This document shows positions 16,811 through 24,653 of a stretch of 26,091 nt of DNA, piece by piece. Source of the DNA: a bacterium (GTDB taxonomy: Bacteria; Planctomycetota; UBA1135; UBA2386); NCBI GenBank assembly GCA_011051855.1, contig DRKG01000355.1:1-26091 (forward strand), given 5' to 3'. The first letter of the stretch is position 1. Each line of letters begins with the position of its first letter. Below the pieces are notes generated by a model. The model did not search any database, was not told where the DNA came from, and saw only the letters and a list, made by a program, of their open reading frames with translations. The position numbers were made by a program, and so were the translations under genes.

Positions 16811-17694
16811 AGGTGCCGCGCGGTCTGCAGGTCGGCGTCTGCAGCCACACCGGACTGGTGCGCGGCGGCAACGAGGACGACTTCCTCTTGGTGACGCCGT
16901 CCGTCGATGGCTCGCAGCCGTTCGCGGCCGCGATCGCCGACGGCATGGGTGGCGTGGCCGGGGGTGCCGAGGCCAGTCGCACCGCGCTGCGCGCCCTGGC
17001 TACGGTGCTGCTCGACGCGCCCGCGCCCGATGATGCCGCCGCCGCCGAGCGCATGCGGCGCGGTTTCCTCGCCGCCAATACGCGCGTCTACGATGCGGCC
17101 AACGCAGTGCCGGCGCTGCGCGACATGGGAACGACGCTGACCGCGCTCTGGCTGTGGGGCAGCCGCTGCGTGTTCGGTCACATCGGCGACACCCGGCTGT
17201 ATCGACTGCGCGGCAGTGCCTGCGAGGTGCTGACCACCGACCACGTCGTGCGCGAGGGCGAGAACCTGCTGACGCGCTGCATCGGCGGCGGCCAGGTCGA
17301 GTGCGAGCCCGACGGAGGCGCGTTCGAGGTGTTCGCGGGAGATCGCTTGGTGCTGGTGACCGACGGAGTGTGGAACGTCGTGCCGGACGCCGAGTTCGCC
17401 GATCTGGCCGGGGCACGCGGCGCCCAGTCCGCTGCCGAGAGGTTGGTGCGCCGCGCGCTCGATGCCGGCGGCCCGGACAACGCCACCGCTGTCGTCGTCG
17501 ATGTGCTGGCCCTCGATGGCGCCGGCTGCGAGGAACAGGAACTGCCGCGCCGCGAGCGACCCGATGCGCGCAGCCTGTGGCCGGCTCCCGCGTCGCTGCG
17601 CCCGCCGATCTGGCCCTGGCTGGTGCTCGTTTGCGGGGCTTTGCTGCTGATCTGGTCGGCGCTGCGCTGGGCCGGCATCCGCTTGTTCGATTGA
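16807..17694 (+). CDS. PP2C/PPM-family Ser/Thr phosphatase with C-terminal TM anchor, 295 aa
   Basis: SHTGLVRGGNED, IADGMGG, MGTTLT, GHIGDTRLY, LTTDH, LTRCIG, LVTDGV and GGPDNATAVVV; C-terminal WPWLVLVCGALLLIWSAL. ATGA overlap. Confidence 0.95.
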   Translation: MKVPRGLQVGVCSHTGLVRGGNEDDFLLVTPSVDGSQPFAAAIADGMGGVAGGAEASRTALRALATVLLDAPAPDDAAAAERMRRGFLAANTRVYDAANAVPALRDMGTTLTALWLWGSRCVFGHIGDTRLYRLRGSACEVLTTDHVVREGENLLTRCIGGGQVECEPDGGAFEVFAGDRLVLVTDGVWNVVPDAEFADLAGARGAQSAAERLVRRALDAGGPDNATAVVVDVLALDGAGCEEQELPRRERPDARSLWPAPASLRPPIWPWLVLVCGALLLIWSALRWAGIRLFD

Positions 17695-17759
17695 CGCGGC
17701 GGGGGCGGCGGCCAACGTATGCCGCACCCGGGTTGCCCGCGGCGGCGCGATCCGCAACG

Positions 17760-18956
17760 ATGGCCGTGCCCCTCTCCGTTCCGAGCCCATCGATGCCGAA
17801 GAAACTGCAGCGCCGGATGCCGGCGCCAAAAGCTCCGTCCGCCGCTGCCGCGAGGCGAACCGCCGGTGAGCCGCGCGGCGGCGGCCTGTCGCTGTCGTTC
17901 GGCAAGGGGCGGGTCACGGCGCGCGTGCTGGCGGAGTTCACCAGCCAACTCGCGGTGTTGCTCAACGCGGGCATTCCGATCACCAAGAGCCTGCGCATTC
18001 TCGAAGGGCAGTTGCCGCAGGGGGCGATGAAGCGCATCGCCGGCCAGTTGGTCGAGGACGTCGAAGGCGGCACCGCGCTGTCCGAGGCGATGGCCAAGCA
18101 CGATGGCGTGTTCGACGCGCTCTACACCAACATGGTGCGCGCGGGCGAGGCGGGCGGTGTGCAGGAAGAGATCCTCAACCGGCTCTCCGGGTTTCTGGTC
18201 GCGAGCGAAGAGATCAAGTCGCGCGTCAAGGGCGCGCTCGCCTATCCGGTCGCGATCATGGTGGTCGCGGTGCTGGTGCTGCTGCTCGTGTTCGCGTTCG
18301 TGATCCCGAAGTTCAAGCAGGTGTTCGCGACCCTCGGTGAAGGCAACCTGCACTGGACCACGCAGTGGGTGATGGGCATCGGGGACCACCTCAAGGTGTG
18401 GTGGTGGTCCTACCTGCTCGGGGCGATGCTGATCGTCGTCGTGCACCGGGTGCTGATGGCCAAGGTCGCGGGCTACCGCAGCGTCATGCACCGTTTCGCC
18501 CTGCACGTGCCGCTGTTCGGCAGCCTCGTGCACCGAAGTCTGGTGGCGCGATTCGCGCGCACTTTCGGCACGCTGATCCAGTCGGGTGTGCCGCACCTCG
18601 AAGCGCTCGACATCCTCAATGCGTCGACCCACAACGTGCACATGAAGGCCGCCATCGCCGACGTGCAGAGCTCGATCCGCGAAGGGGCCGGGTTCGCCGT
18701 GCCGATGGGGGAGAGCGGCATGTTCGACGACATCGTCGTCAACATGGTCGACGTCGGCGAGCAGACCGGCGAGCTCGACGGCATGCTGACCAAGGTGGCC
18801 GATCGCTACGAGAAGGAGGTCGACCAGACGATCGAGACGACCTTCAAGCTGATCGAGCCGATCCTTCTGGTGGTGATGGCGGTGGCGGTCGGCTTCATCG
18901 TGTTTGCGCTGTTCATGCCGTTGCTGACGATGATGCAGCAGATGAGCAAGCGGTAG
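17760..18956 (+). CDS. pilC: Type IV pilus / T2SS inner-membrane platform protein (PilC/GspF); start uncertain (17760 or 17793)
   Basis: FTSQLAVLLNAGIPI, LYTNMVRAGEAGG, ALAYP, FARTFGTLIQSGVP, VGEQTGELDGML and IVFALFMPL; two T2SSF repeats. Confidence 0.93.
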   Translation: MAVPLSVPSPSMPKKLQRRMPAPKAPSAAAARRTAGEPRGGGLSLSFGKGRVTARVLAEFTSQLAVLLNAGIPITKSLRILEGQLPQGAMKRIAGQLVEDVEGGTALSEAMAKHDGVFDALYTNMVRAGEAGGVQEEILNRLSGFLVASEEIKSRVKGALAYPVAIMVVAVLVLLLVFAFVIPKFKQVFATLGEGNLHWTTQWVMGIGDHLKVWWWSYLLGAMLIVVVHRVLMAKVAGYRSVMHRFALHVPLFGSLVHRSLVARFARTFGTLIQSGVPHLEALDILNASTHNVHMKAAIADVQSSIREGAGFAVPMGESGMFDDIVVNMVDVGEQTGELDGMLTKVADRYEKEVDQTIETTFKLIEPILLVVMAVAVGFIVFALFMPLLTMMQQMSKR

Positions 18957-18983
18957 CAGCGCTGCACGGATAGGATTGCCGTC

Positions 18984-20558
18984 GTGTCTCTGGCGTGGCG
19001 GATCCTGCTGTTCGCGCTGCTGCTGAACGTGGTGACCGTCGGCGGCCTGCAGATCGTCGTCTACCAAGCGCAGCAGCAGTGGTTCGACGAGCAGCGCCGG
19101 CTGGGCAATTGGCTGTTGGGCGAGTCGTTCGCCGAACTCGAGCAGTTGTATGCCCCCGACGCGGTCGAGGATGCGGCCGGCAACGAAGCGGTCGTGCGCC
19201 GGTTGCTGCGCACGCCTTCGCTGCGCGAAGCCTACGAGGATGTCATCGTCACCCGCGGCCGGCCGCCCTTTGACGGCATCTACCTGAACACGCTCGGCGC
19301 CGTGCACCGCGACCCGGACCGGTTCCGCCTGGAGGAGATCGTCGCCGGCATGGCGCGGGCGCGCGGTATCGACGGCGTCGTCAAGGTCGCGGGCGGCTAT
19401 TGCCGGCGGTTGCGCCACCAGGGCCGCACCGTCGGCTACCTGTGGTTCGTGCCGAAGTTCGAGCGCGCGCTGCCGACGACGCTGCCGTTCTGGACGACGT
19501 TGCTAGGTCTGTTGGCCTCGGCGGCGTTGTTCGGCTTCGTGCTGTTCTGGCTGACGCGTCGGTTGGTCACGAGGCCGCTGGCGGACGTCGGCGAGGCGGC
19601 CCGGGCGGTCGCGGCCGGCCGCTACGACGTGCGCCTGCCGGATCACGGGGCCGTGCCGGAGCTGGGACCACTGGTCGCGACCTTCAACCGCATGTGCGAA
19701 CAGGTCGAGGACCACACCCGCACGCTCGAACGGGCGGTCCGTGAGGCGGTCGCCGCAACCGAGCAGAAGGAACGCGCGCTGCTGCTCAGTTCGCGACTGG
19801 CCACGATCGGCACCCTGGCCGCCGGCGTCGCCCACGAGATCAACAACCCGATCGGCGGCATGCAGAACGCCGTCAACCGGCTGTTGCAATCCGATGGCTT
19901 GACGGACAAGCAGCGCGTCTACCTGCAGTTGGTGCAAGACGGCCTGCAGCGGGTCGCGCGCACCAGTCGCCGCATGCTCGAGTTCGCCCCGAAGGACGCG
20001 CGGCCGGCGCCGTTTGCGCTGCGTGCGGCGATCGACGGCGCCTACGCGCTGGTCGAGCACCGCTGCCGGCAGGCCGGTGTGCGCTGCACGGTCCACGGCG
20101 CCGATGGTCTGCCGCCGGTGCACGGCGATGCGCACGAACTGCAACAGGTGATGCTGAACCTGTTCCTGAACTCGCTCGATGCGCTCGGGGATCGCGGCGG
20201 TTGCATCGCGGTCGAGTGTTCCCATCGCGACGGGGTCGTGCGCTGCGTGGTGAGCGACGATGGACCCGGCATCGCTCCCGAACTGATCGAGCGCATCTTC
20301 GACCCGTTCTTCACCAACAAGGATCGGCCGGACGCGAGCGGGCTCGGCATGTTCATCAGCTACTCGATCGTGCAGAACCACGGCGGCACGATGCGGGTCG
20401 AATCGCGGCCCGGCGAGGGCTTCCGCACGATCATCGAACTGCCGCAAGCGCCCGGTGCTGCGGGCGCTGGCCGGGCGAACGCCGGGGATCAGGCTTCGGA
20501 CGCCGCGGGTTCGCCGCCGTCCGAACCGCCGTCGGCGCCGCCGCCGGCGTCGCTGTAG
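18984..20558 (+). CDS. Two-TM sensor histidine kinase (HAMP-HisKA-HATPase, NtrB-like), 524 aa
   Basis: LATIGTLAAGVAHEINNP H-box, LQQVMLNLFLNSLDA N-box, SDDGPGI, IFDPFFTNK and SGLGM; HAMP region from RPL. Confidence 0.95.
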   Translation: MSLAWRILLFALLLNVVTVGGLQIVVYQAQQQWFDEQRRLGNWLLGESFAELEQLYAPDAVEDAAGNEAVVRRLLRTPSLREAYEDVIVTRGRPPFDGIYLNTLGAVHRDPDRFRLEEIVAGMARARGIDGVVKVAGGYCRRLRHQGRTVGYLWFVPKFERALPTTLPFWTTLLGLLASAALFGFVLFWLTRRLVTRPLADVGEAARAVAAGRYDVRLPDHGAVPELGPLVATFNRMCEQVEDHTRTLERAVREAVAATEQKERALLLSSRLATIGTLAAGVAHEINNPIGGMQNAVNRLLQSDGLTDKQRVYLQLVQDGLQRVARTSRRMLEFAPKDARPAPFALRAAIDGAYALVEHRCRQAGVRCTVHGADGLPPVHGDAHELQQVMLNLFLNSLDALGDRGGCIAVECSHRDGVVRCVVSDDGPGIAPELIERIFDPFFTNKDRPDASGLGMFISYSIVQNHGGTMRVESRPGEGFRTIIELPQAPGAAGAGRANAGDQASDAAGSPPSEPPSAPPPASL

Positions 20559-21526
20559 AGCCACACTTGGTTCTTGCCGCGGCGTTTGGCCTCCTGCAGG
20601 GCGCGGTTGGCGTTGCGGCGCAGTTGGTCGACGCTGCTGGCCCGGCGGCCGTCGTAACTGTCGACCCCGATCGACACCGTCACCTGGCGCTCGTAGGAAC
20701 CGCTCTGCACGATCATGCCGGAGATCCGCTGGCGAATGCGCAGCGCCGTCTGCACGGCTTCCGCCGGACTGGTCTGCGGCAACAGCACGCAGAACTCGTC
20801 GCCGCCGAAACGCGCCGCGAAGTCGGTCTCGCGCACGTTGCCCTTCAGTGCGTCGGCGACCTTGCGCAGCACGGCGTCGCCGAAGGCATACTCGGTCGTG
20901 TCGTTGACGCTCTTGAAGTTGTCGACGTCGATCAGCAGCAGCGACAGTGGGTTCTGGTGGCGCTGGGCGCGCTTCCATTCGCGGCTCATGATGCGGCGCA
21001 TGTAGACTTCGCTGGTGAGCCCGGTCTTGAAGTCGACACTGACCTGGCTTTCGAGCTGGCGTGCGCGCGATTGCAGGCCGCGGATGCGCATACGCGTCTG
21101 CAGGGCGAGTTCGACCCGGTGCAGCACCTCGGCCGACGAGAACGGCTTCAGTACGAAGTCGCGGAACGGCACCCGCAGATTGCGTGCGTCACCGAGCGCG
21201 GCCAGATCTTCGACCAGCAGGATCACCGGGATCGGGTCGTCCTCTTCCTGCAGGCGTTCGAGCAGTTCGAGTTCGACGCCGTCTTCGCACAGCACCAGCG
21301 GGTTCAGCAGCACCACGTCCGGGCGGCCTTCGCCGATCAGCCGATCGCTCTGCGTCAGGGAGTCGCCGAGCCGCACCTCGTAGCCGTTGCGCGTCAGGGC
21401 CGCAGTCAGCTCGTCGAGCGGGTCGCGGTTGTGGTTCATCACCAGCACGGCCGAGGTGCCGATCGGCGCGCCGGACCCGGAGGTCGGGCGTTGCGCTTCG
21501 TCGGGCTCGGGCTTGCCGCCGGTCAT
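20489..21526 (-). CDS. Pseudo-receiver plus GGDEF diguanylate cyclase-like protein, about 345 aa (alternative GTG start at 21550)
   Basis: DVDNFKSVND, RETD I-site, RFGGDEF, VSIG and AKRRGKN; REC-like N-terminus with VLKPF but PDVVLLN in place of the phospho-Asp. Confidence 0.9.
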   Translation of the reverse strand: MTGGKPEPDEAQRPTSGSGAPIGTSAVLVMNHNRDPLDELTAALTRNGYEVRLGDSLTQSDRLIGEGRPDVVLLNPLVLCEDGVELELLERLQEEDDPIPVILLVEDLAALGDARNLRVPFRDFVLKPFSSAEVLHRVELALQTRMRIRGLQSRARQLESQVSVDFKTGLTSEVYMRRIMSREWKRAQRHQNPLSLLLIDVDNFKSVNDTTEYAFGDAVLRKVADALKGNVRETDFAARFGGDEFCVLLPQTSPAEAVQTALRIRQRISGMIVQSGSYERQVTVSIGVDSYDGRRASSVDQLRRNANRALQEAKRRGKNQVWLYSDAGGGADGGSDGGEPAASEA

Positions 21527-21679
21527 TTGCAGGGCGTCTGTGTGGGTCACGGTGGGCTGGCGAGCAGAAGGTCTGCGGCGGTCGGATGGCGAGTCTCGGT
21601 CAGGTGCCGCGGGTCGGTCGTATACCTTGGTTGCGGAAGGGGATGGGGGAAGGCGGGCATTCCCTTCGGACGGCCCGCT

Positions 21680-21688
21680 ACGATACCA
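21680..21688 (-). promoter_or_regulatory. Possible extended -10 promoter for the GGDEF gene
   Basis: Minus strand reads TG-G-TATCGT. No recognisable -35. Confidence 0.25.
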
Positions 21689-21897
21689 CCGTCGCTCGCG
21701 ATCGCGCGCGCCCATCGGGTCCGCATTGCGGGAAGAGTGTCCAGGCCAAACGCCTGCCGAGTGCAGTCTAACGCACTTCGCGCACCGGCGACACACCCGA
21801 GGCCGCTCGAATCCTGTCGGGTGCCCGGCCGGCGGCCGCCGCGGCCGGGGCGCCGTCGTTGCGGCGGGGCGTCTCGCACGACTGGCCGTATCCACGC

Positions 21898-21925
21898 TTG
21901 ACGGCTCTGCGGCCGCCCCTACAAT
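21898..21925 (+). promoter_or_regulatory. Sigma70-type promoter of rpsB-tsf
   Basis: TTGACG (21898-21903), 16 nt, TACAAT (21920-21925), about 60 nt upstream of rpsB. Confidence 0.8.
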
Positions 21926-21984
21926 CCTCCGCCCTTCATTCGTCCTGGAAACCACCGAAACCGAGGCAAGGAGCCCAAGCCCAC

Positions 21985-23022
21985 GTGCCGCTCGTTACTG
22001 CGCAAGAACTGATCGACGCCGGCGTCCACTACGGCCACCAGGCCAGCCGTTGGAACCCGAAGATGAAACCCTTCATCCACGGCAAACGGCACAAGATCCA
22101 CGTCATCAATCTCGAGGAGACGATCCGCGGCCTGTACCGGGCGACGCACTTCCTGCGTTCGCTGGCAGCGACCGGCGCGCAGATCATGTTCCTCGGCACC
22201 AAGAAGCAGATCCGGCCGGTGGTCGAGGCGGAGGCCGGCAAGTGCGGCATGCCGTCGGTGACCGAGCGCTGGATCGGCGGCACCCTGACCAACTTCTCGA
22301 CCGTGCGCGAACGGCTGAAGAAGCTGGTCGAGTACGAGAACCTCGAAGCCACCGGCGGCATCGAGAAGTACAAGAAGAAGGACCAGGCGATGATCCGCCG
22401 CGAGATCAAGCGCATCCGACGCAATCTCGATGGCGTGCGCGATCTGCATGGCCTGCCGGGTGCGTTGGTGGTGATCGACCCGCGCCGCGAGGAGAACGCC
22501 ATGCGCGAGGCCAAGCGCATGAACGTGCCGGTGGTGTGCATCCTCGACACCGACTGTGATCCGTCGCTGGCGGACATCGTGATTCCGGCCAACGACGACG
22601 CGATGAGTTCCGTGCAGTTGATCCTCAGCAAGCTCGCCGAGGCGATCATGGAGGGTCGTTCGCAGTGCGACGAGATGACCCTGCGCGATGCCCAGAAGGC
22701 CGCGCAGGAGGACGTGCGTTGCAAGGCGGCTCCGGGGCGTCGCAGCGAGCGCGACGGTCGCGGCGGCATGCGTCGCGGCGGCGGGCGCGGCGGACGCGGC
22801 GGACGCTTCCAGGCCGGTGGGCACGCCGGTTCGGTGTCCGTCGGTGGCGACAGCTCCGAGGCCGGTCCGGCGGTGGCGCCGGAGATCAAGCCGGTCGAAC
22901 AGCCGGCTGAACAGCCGGCCGAACAGCCGGCTGGCGGCACTCCGGCGAGCGCCGCTCCCGCGGCCCCGGCGCCCGAGAATGCGGGCGGCGACGGTGCGGG
23001 CGACGCGCCCGCCCAGGGCTGA
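21985..23022 (+). CDS. rpsB: 30S ribosomal protein S2 (uS2) with long C-terminal extension, 345 aa
   Basis: LIDAGVHYGHQASRWNPKM, RWIGGTLTNF and IPANDDA. AAGGAG SD before GTG 21985. Confidence 0.98.
   Translation: MPLVTAQELIDAGVHYGHQASRWNPKMKPFIHGKRHKIHVINLEETIRGLYRATHFLRSLAATGAQIMFLGTKKQIRPVVEAEAGKCGMPSVTERWIGGTLTNFSTVRERLKKLVEYENLEATGGIEKYKKKDQAMIRREIKRIRRNLDGVRDLHGLPGALVVIDPRREENAMREAKRMNVPVVCILDTDCDPSLADIVIPANDDAMSSVQLILSKLAEAIMEGRSQCDEMTLRDAQKAAQEDVRCKAAPGRRSERDGRGGMRRGGGRGGRGGRFQAGGHAGSVSVGGDSSEAGPAVAPEIKPVEQPAEQPAEQPAGGTPASAAPAAPAPENAGGDGAGDAPAQG
22897..22932 (+). repeat. In-frame 12-bp tandem repeat x3 (GAACAGCCGGCY), encoding (EQPA)3
   Basis: Read directly: gaacagccggct gaacagccggcc gaacagccggct. 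Confidence 0.9.
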
Positions 23023-23036
23023 GCGCCGTCCGTTCC

Positions 23037-23066
23037 CCGGCCGGCCTGCCGGCCGGTCTCCTGTCT
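23037..23066 (+). terminator. Hairpin between rpsB and tsf (possible attenuator or processing site)
   Basis: Inverted repeat CCGGCCGGC / GCCGGCCGG (23037-23056) followed by a pyrimidine-rich run, not poly-U. Confidence 0.35.
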
Positions 23067-23164
23067 CCCGCGACGCTGCCGGCCTGTCGCCCGGTGCGCG
23101 CGCGTTCCGAACTCCAACCTTTCCCAGCAACTGTGCCCGTTCGCCGGGCCACCATTGACGAACG

Positions 23165-23767
23165 ATGACGAAGATCGACGCGAAGACCGTAAAGCAACTG
23201 CGCGATATGACCGGCGCCCCGATGATGGACTGCAAGTCGGCGCTGACCGAGACCGGCGGTGACCTCGAAAAGGCGCGCGACGTGCTGCGCAAGCGAGGCC
23301 AACAGGTCGCCGACAAGGCCTCGGAGCGCGAGGTCAAGGAAGGGCTGATCTACGGCTACACGCACCACAACGGCAAGCTCGGCGTGTTGGTCGAGATCGT
23401 CTGCGAGACCGACTTCGTCGCGATGAACGAGGACTTCAAGAAGTTCTGCCACGGCGTGGCGATGACCGTCGCCGCCTACAACCCGGCCTACCTGGACCGC
23501 GATGCGATCCCGGCCGAGGCGATCGAGAAGGAGCAGAACATCGTCACCGAGATGACCCGGGAGACGATGAAGGGCAAGCCCGAGAACGTCATCGAGAAGG
23601 CCGTCGCCGGTCGCATGGAGAAGTGGTTCGCCGAGCACACTCTGATGGCGAAGCAATACGTGCCGGACGACAGCAAGACCGTCGAGCAGATGCGCACCGA
23701 GCTGGTCGGCAAGATCGGCGAGAACATCCAGGTCCGCCGGTTCATGCGCATGGAGCTGGGTGCCTGA
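23165..23767 (+). CDS. tsf: Elongation factor Ts, short form, 200 aa
   Basis: VKQLRDMTGAPMMDCKSAL, EGLI, CETDFVA and RRFMRMELG; lies directly after rpsB. Confidence 0.97.
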   Translation: MTKIDAKTVKQLRDMTGAPMMDCKSALTETGGDLEKARDVLRKRGQQVADKASEREVKEGLIYGYTHHNGKLGVLVEIVCETDFVAMNEDFKKFCHGVAMTVAAYNPAYLDRDAIPAEAIEKEQNIVTEMTRETMKGKPENVIEKAVAGRMEKWFAEHTLMAKQYVPDDSKTVEQMRTELVGKIGENIQVRRFMRMELGA

Positions 23768-23844
23768 TCGCCGGGCGGCCGATCGCTCCGCAGAACCGGG
23801 GTGGTGGATAGAACTCGATGGCCGGGGGGCGTAGCCTCGCCGGC

Positions 23845-24627
23845 ATGAGTTCCGCCGACCCAGCCAGCACCGACCCCAAGGATACGCCCGACCCCAAGGC
23901 CACATCGGGCGGTGCGGGCGCCCCTCGCCAGATCAAGCGCATCCTGCTCAAGATCAGCGGCGAGAGCCTCGGCGAAGCCGGCGTCGGCGTCGCCCCCAAG
24001 GTGGTCGCCGACGTCGCCGAGCAGATTGCTCGCGTGCACCGGCTCGGCGTCGAGGTGGCGGTCGTGTGCGGCGGCGGCAATCTGCTGCGCGGTGCCGAGT
24101 TCGCCAAGATGGGCACCAACCGCGCCACCGCCGACCACATGGGCATGCTCGGCACCGCGATCAACGCGTTGGCGCTGCAAGACGGCCTCGAACGCTGCGG
24201 GGTCGAAACCCGCGCCTGCTGCGCCGTCGAGATGAAGACCGTCGCCGAGCCTTACATCCGTCGTCGCGCCATCCGCCACCTCGAGAAGGGGCGCGCGGTG
24301 GTGCTCGCCGGCGGCACCGGCAACCCCTACTTCACCACCGACACGGCTGCCGCCCTGCGCGCGACCGAACTCGCGGTCGACGCGATCTTCAAGGCGACCA
24401 AGGTCGATGGCGTCTATTCCGCGGATCCGGCGAAGGATCCGTCGGCCACCCGATTCGACCGGCTTACGTTCCACGAGGCGCTCGACCGGAATCTGCAGGT
24501 CATGGACCGCACGGCGTTCACGCTGTGCATGGAGAATCGCATGCCGATCATGGTCTTCGACATGTTCCAACCGGGGAACATGGAGCGGGCCGTGCGAGGC
24601 GAGGCGATCGGCACCTGGGTGGTCTGA
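23845..24627 (+). CDS. pyrH: Uridylate kinase (alternative start 23818)
   Basis: RILLKISGE, GGGNLLRG, DHMGMLGT, GTGNPYFTTDTAAALRA and VDGVYSADP. Confidence 0.97.
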   Translation: MSSADPASTDPKDTPDPKATSGGAGAPRQIKRILLKISGESLGEAGVGVAPKVVADVAEQIARVHRLGVEVAVVCGGGNLLRGAEFAKMGTNRATADHMGMLGTAINALALQDGLERCGVETRACCAVEMKTVAEPYIRRRAIRHLEKGRAVVLAGGTGNPYFTTDTAAALRATELAVDAIFKATKVDGVYSADPAKDPSATRFDRLTFHEALDRNLQVMDRTAFTLCMENRMPIMVFDMFQPGNMERAVRGEAIGTWVV

Positions 24628-24653
24628 GCCCGCCCGACAACCCCGAGAAACAC

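Noticed and set aside
21700-21860. Possible c-di-GMP riboswitch or ncRNA in the GGDEF/rpsB intergenic region, and a GC palindrome at 21824-21849
   Set aside because: I could not fold a GEMM-like P1/P2 with its tetraloop and receptor on either strand, and pure G/C palindromes are expected by chance. An Rfam cmscan would settle it.
17178-21901. ORFs 17178..19418, 19503..20978 and 20201..21901
   Set aside because: Antisense shadows of pilC, the HK and the GGDEF gene, with no recognisable domains.
21526-21985. N-terminal extensions of the GGDEF ORF (to 21955) and rpsB (from 21859)
   Set aside because: Low-complexity translations running over promoter DNA. The rpsB SD and promoter fix its start at 21985, and the REC domain begins shortly after 21526.
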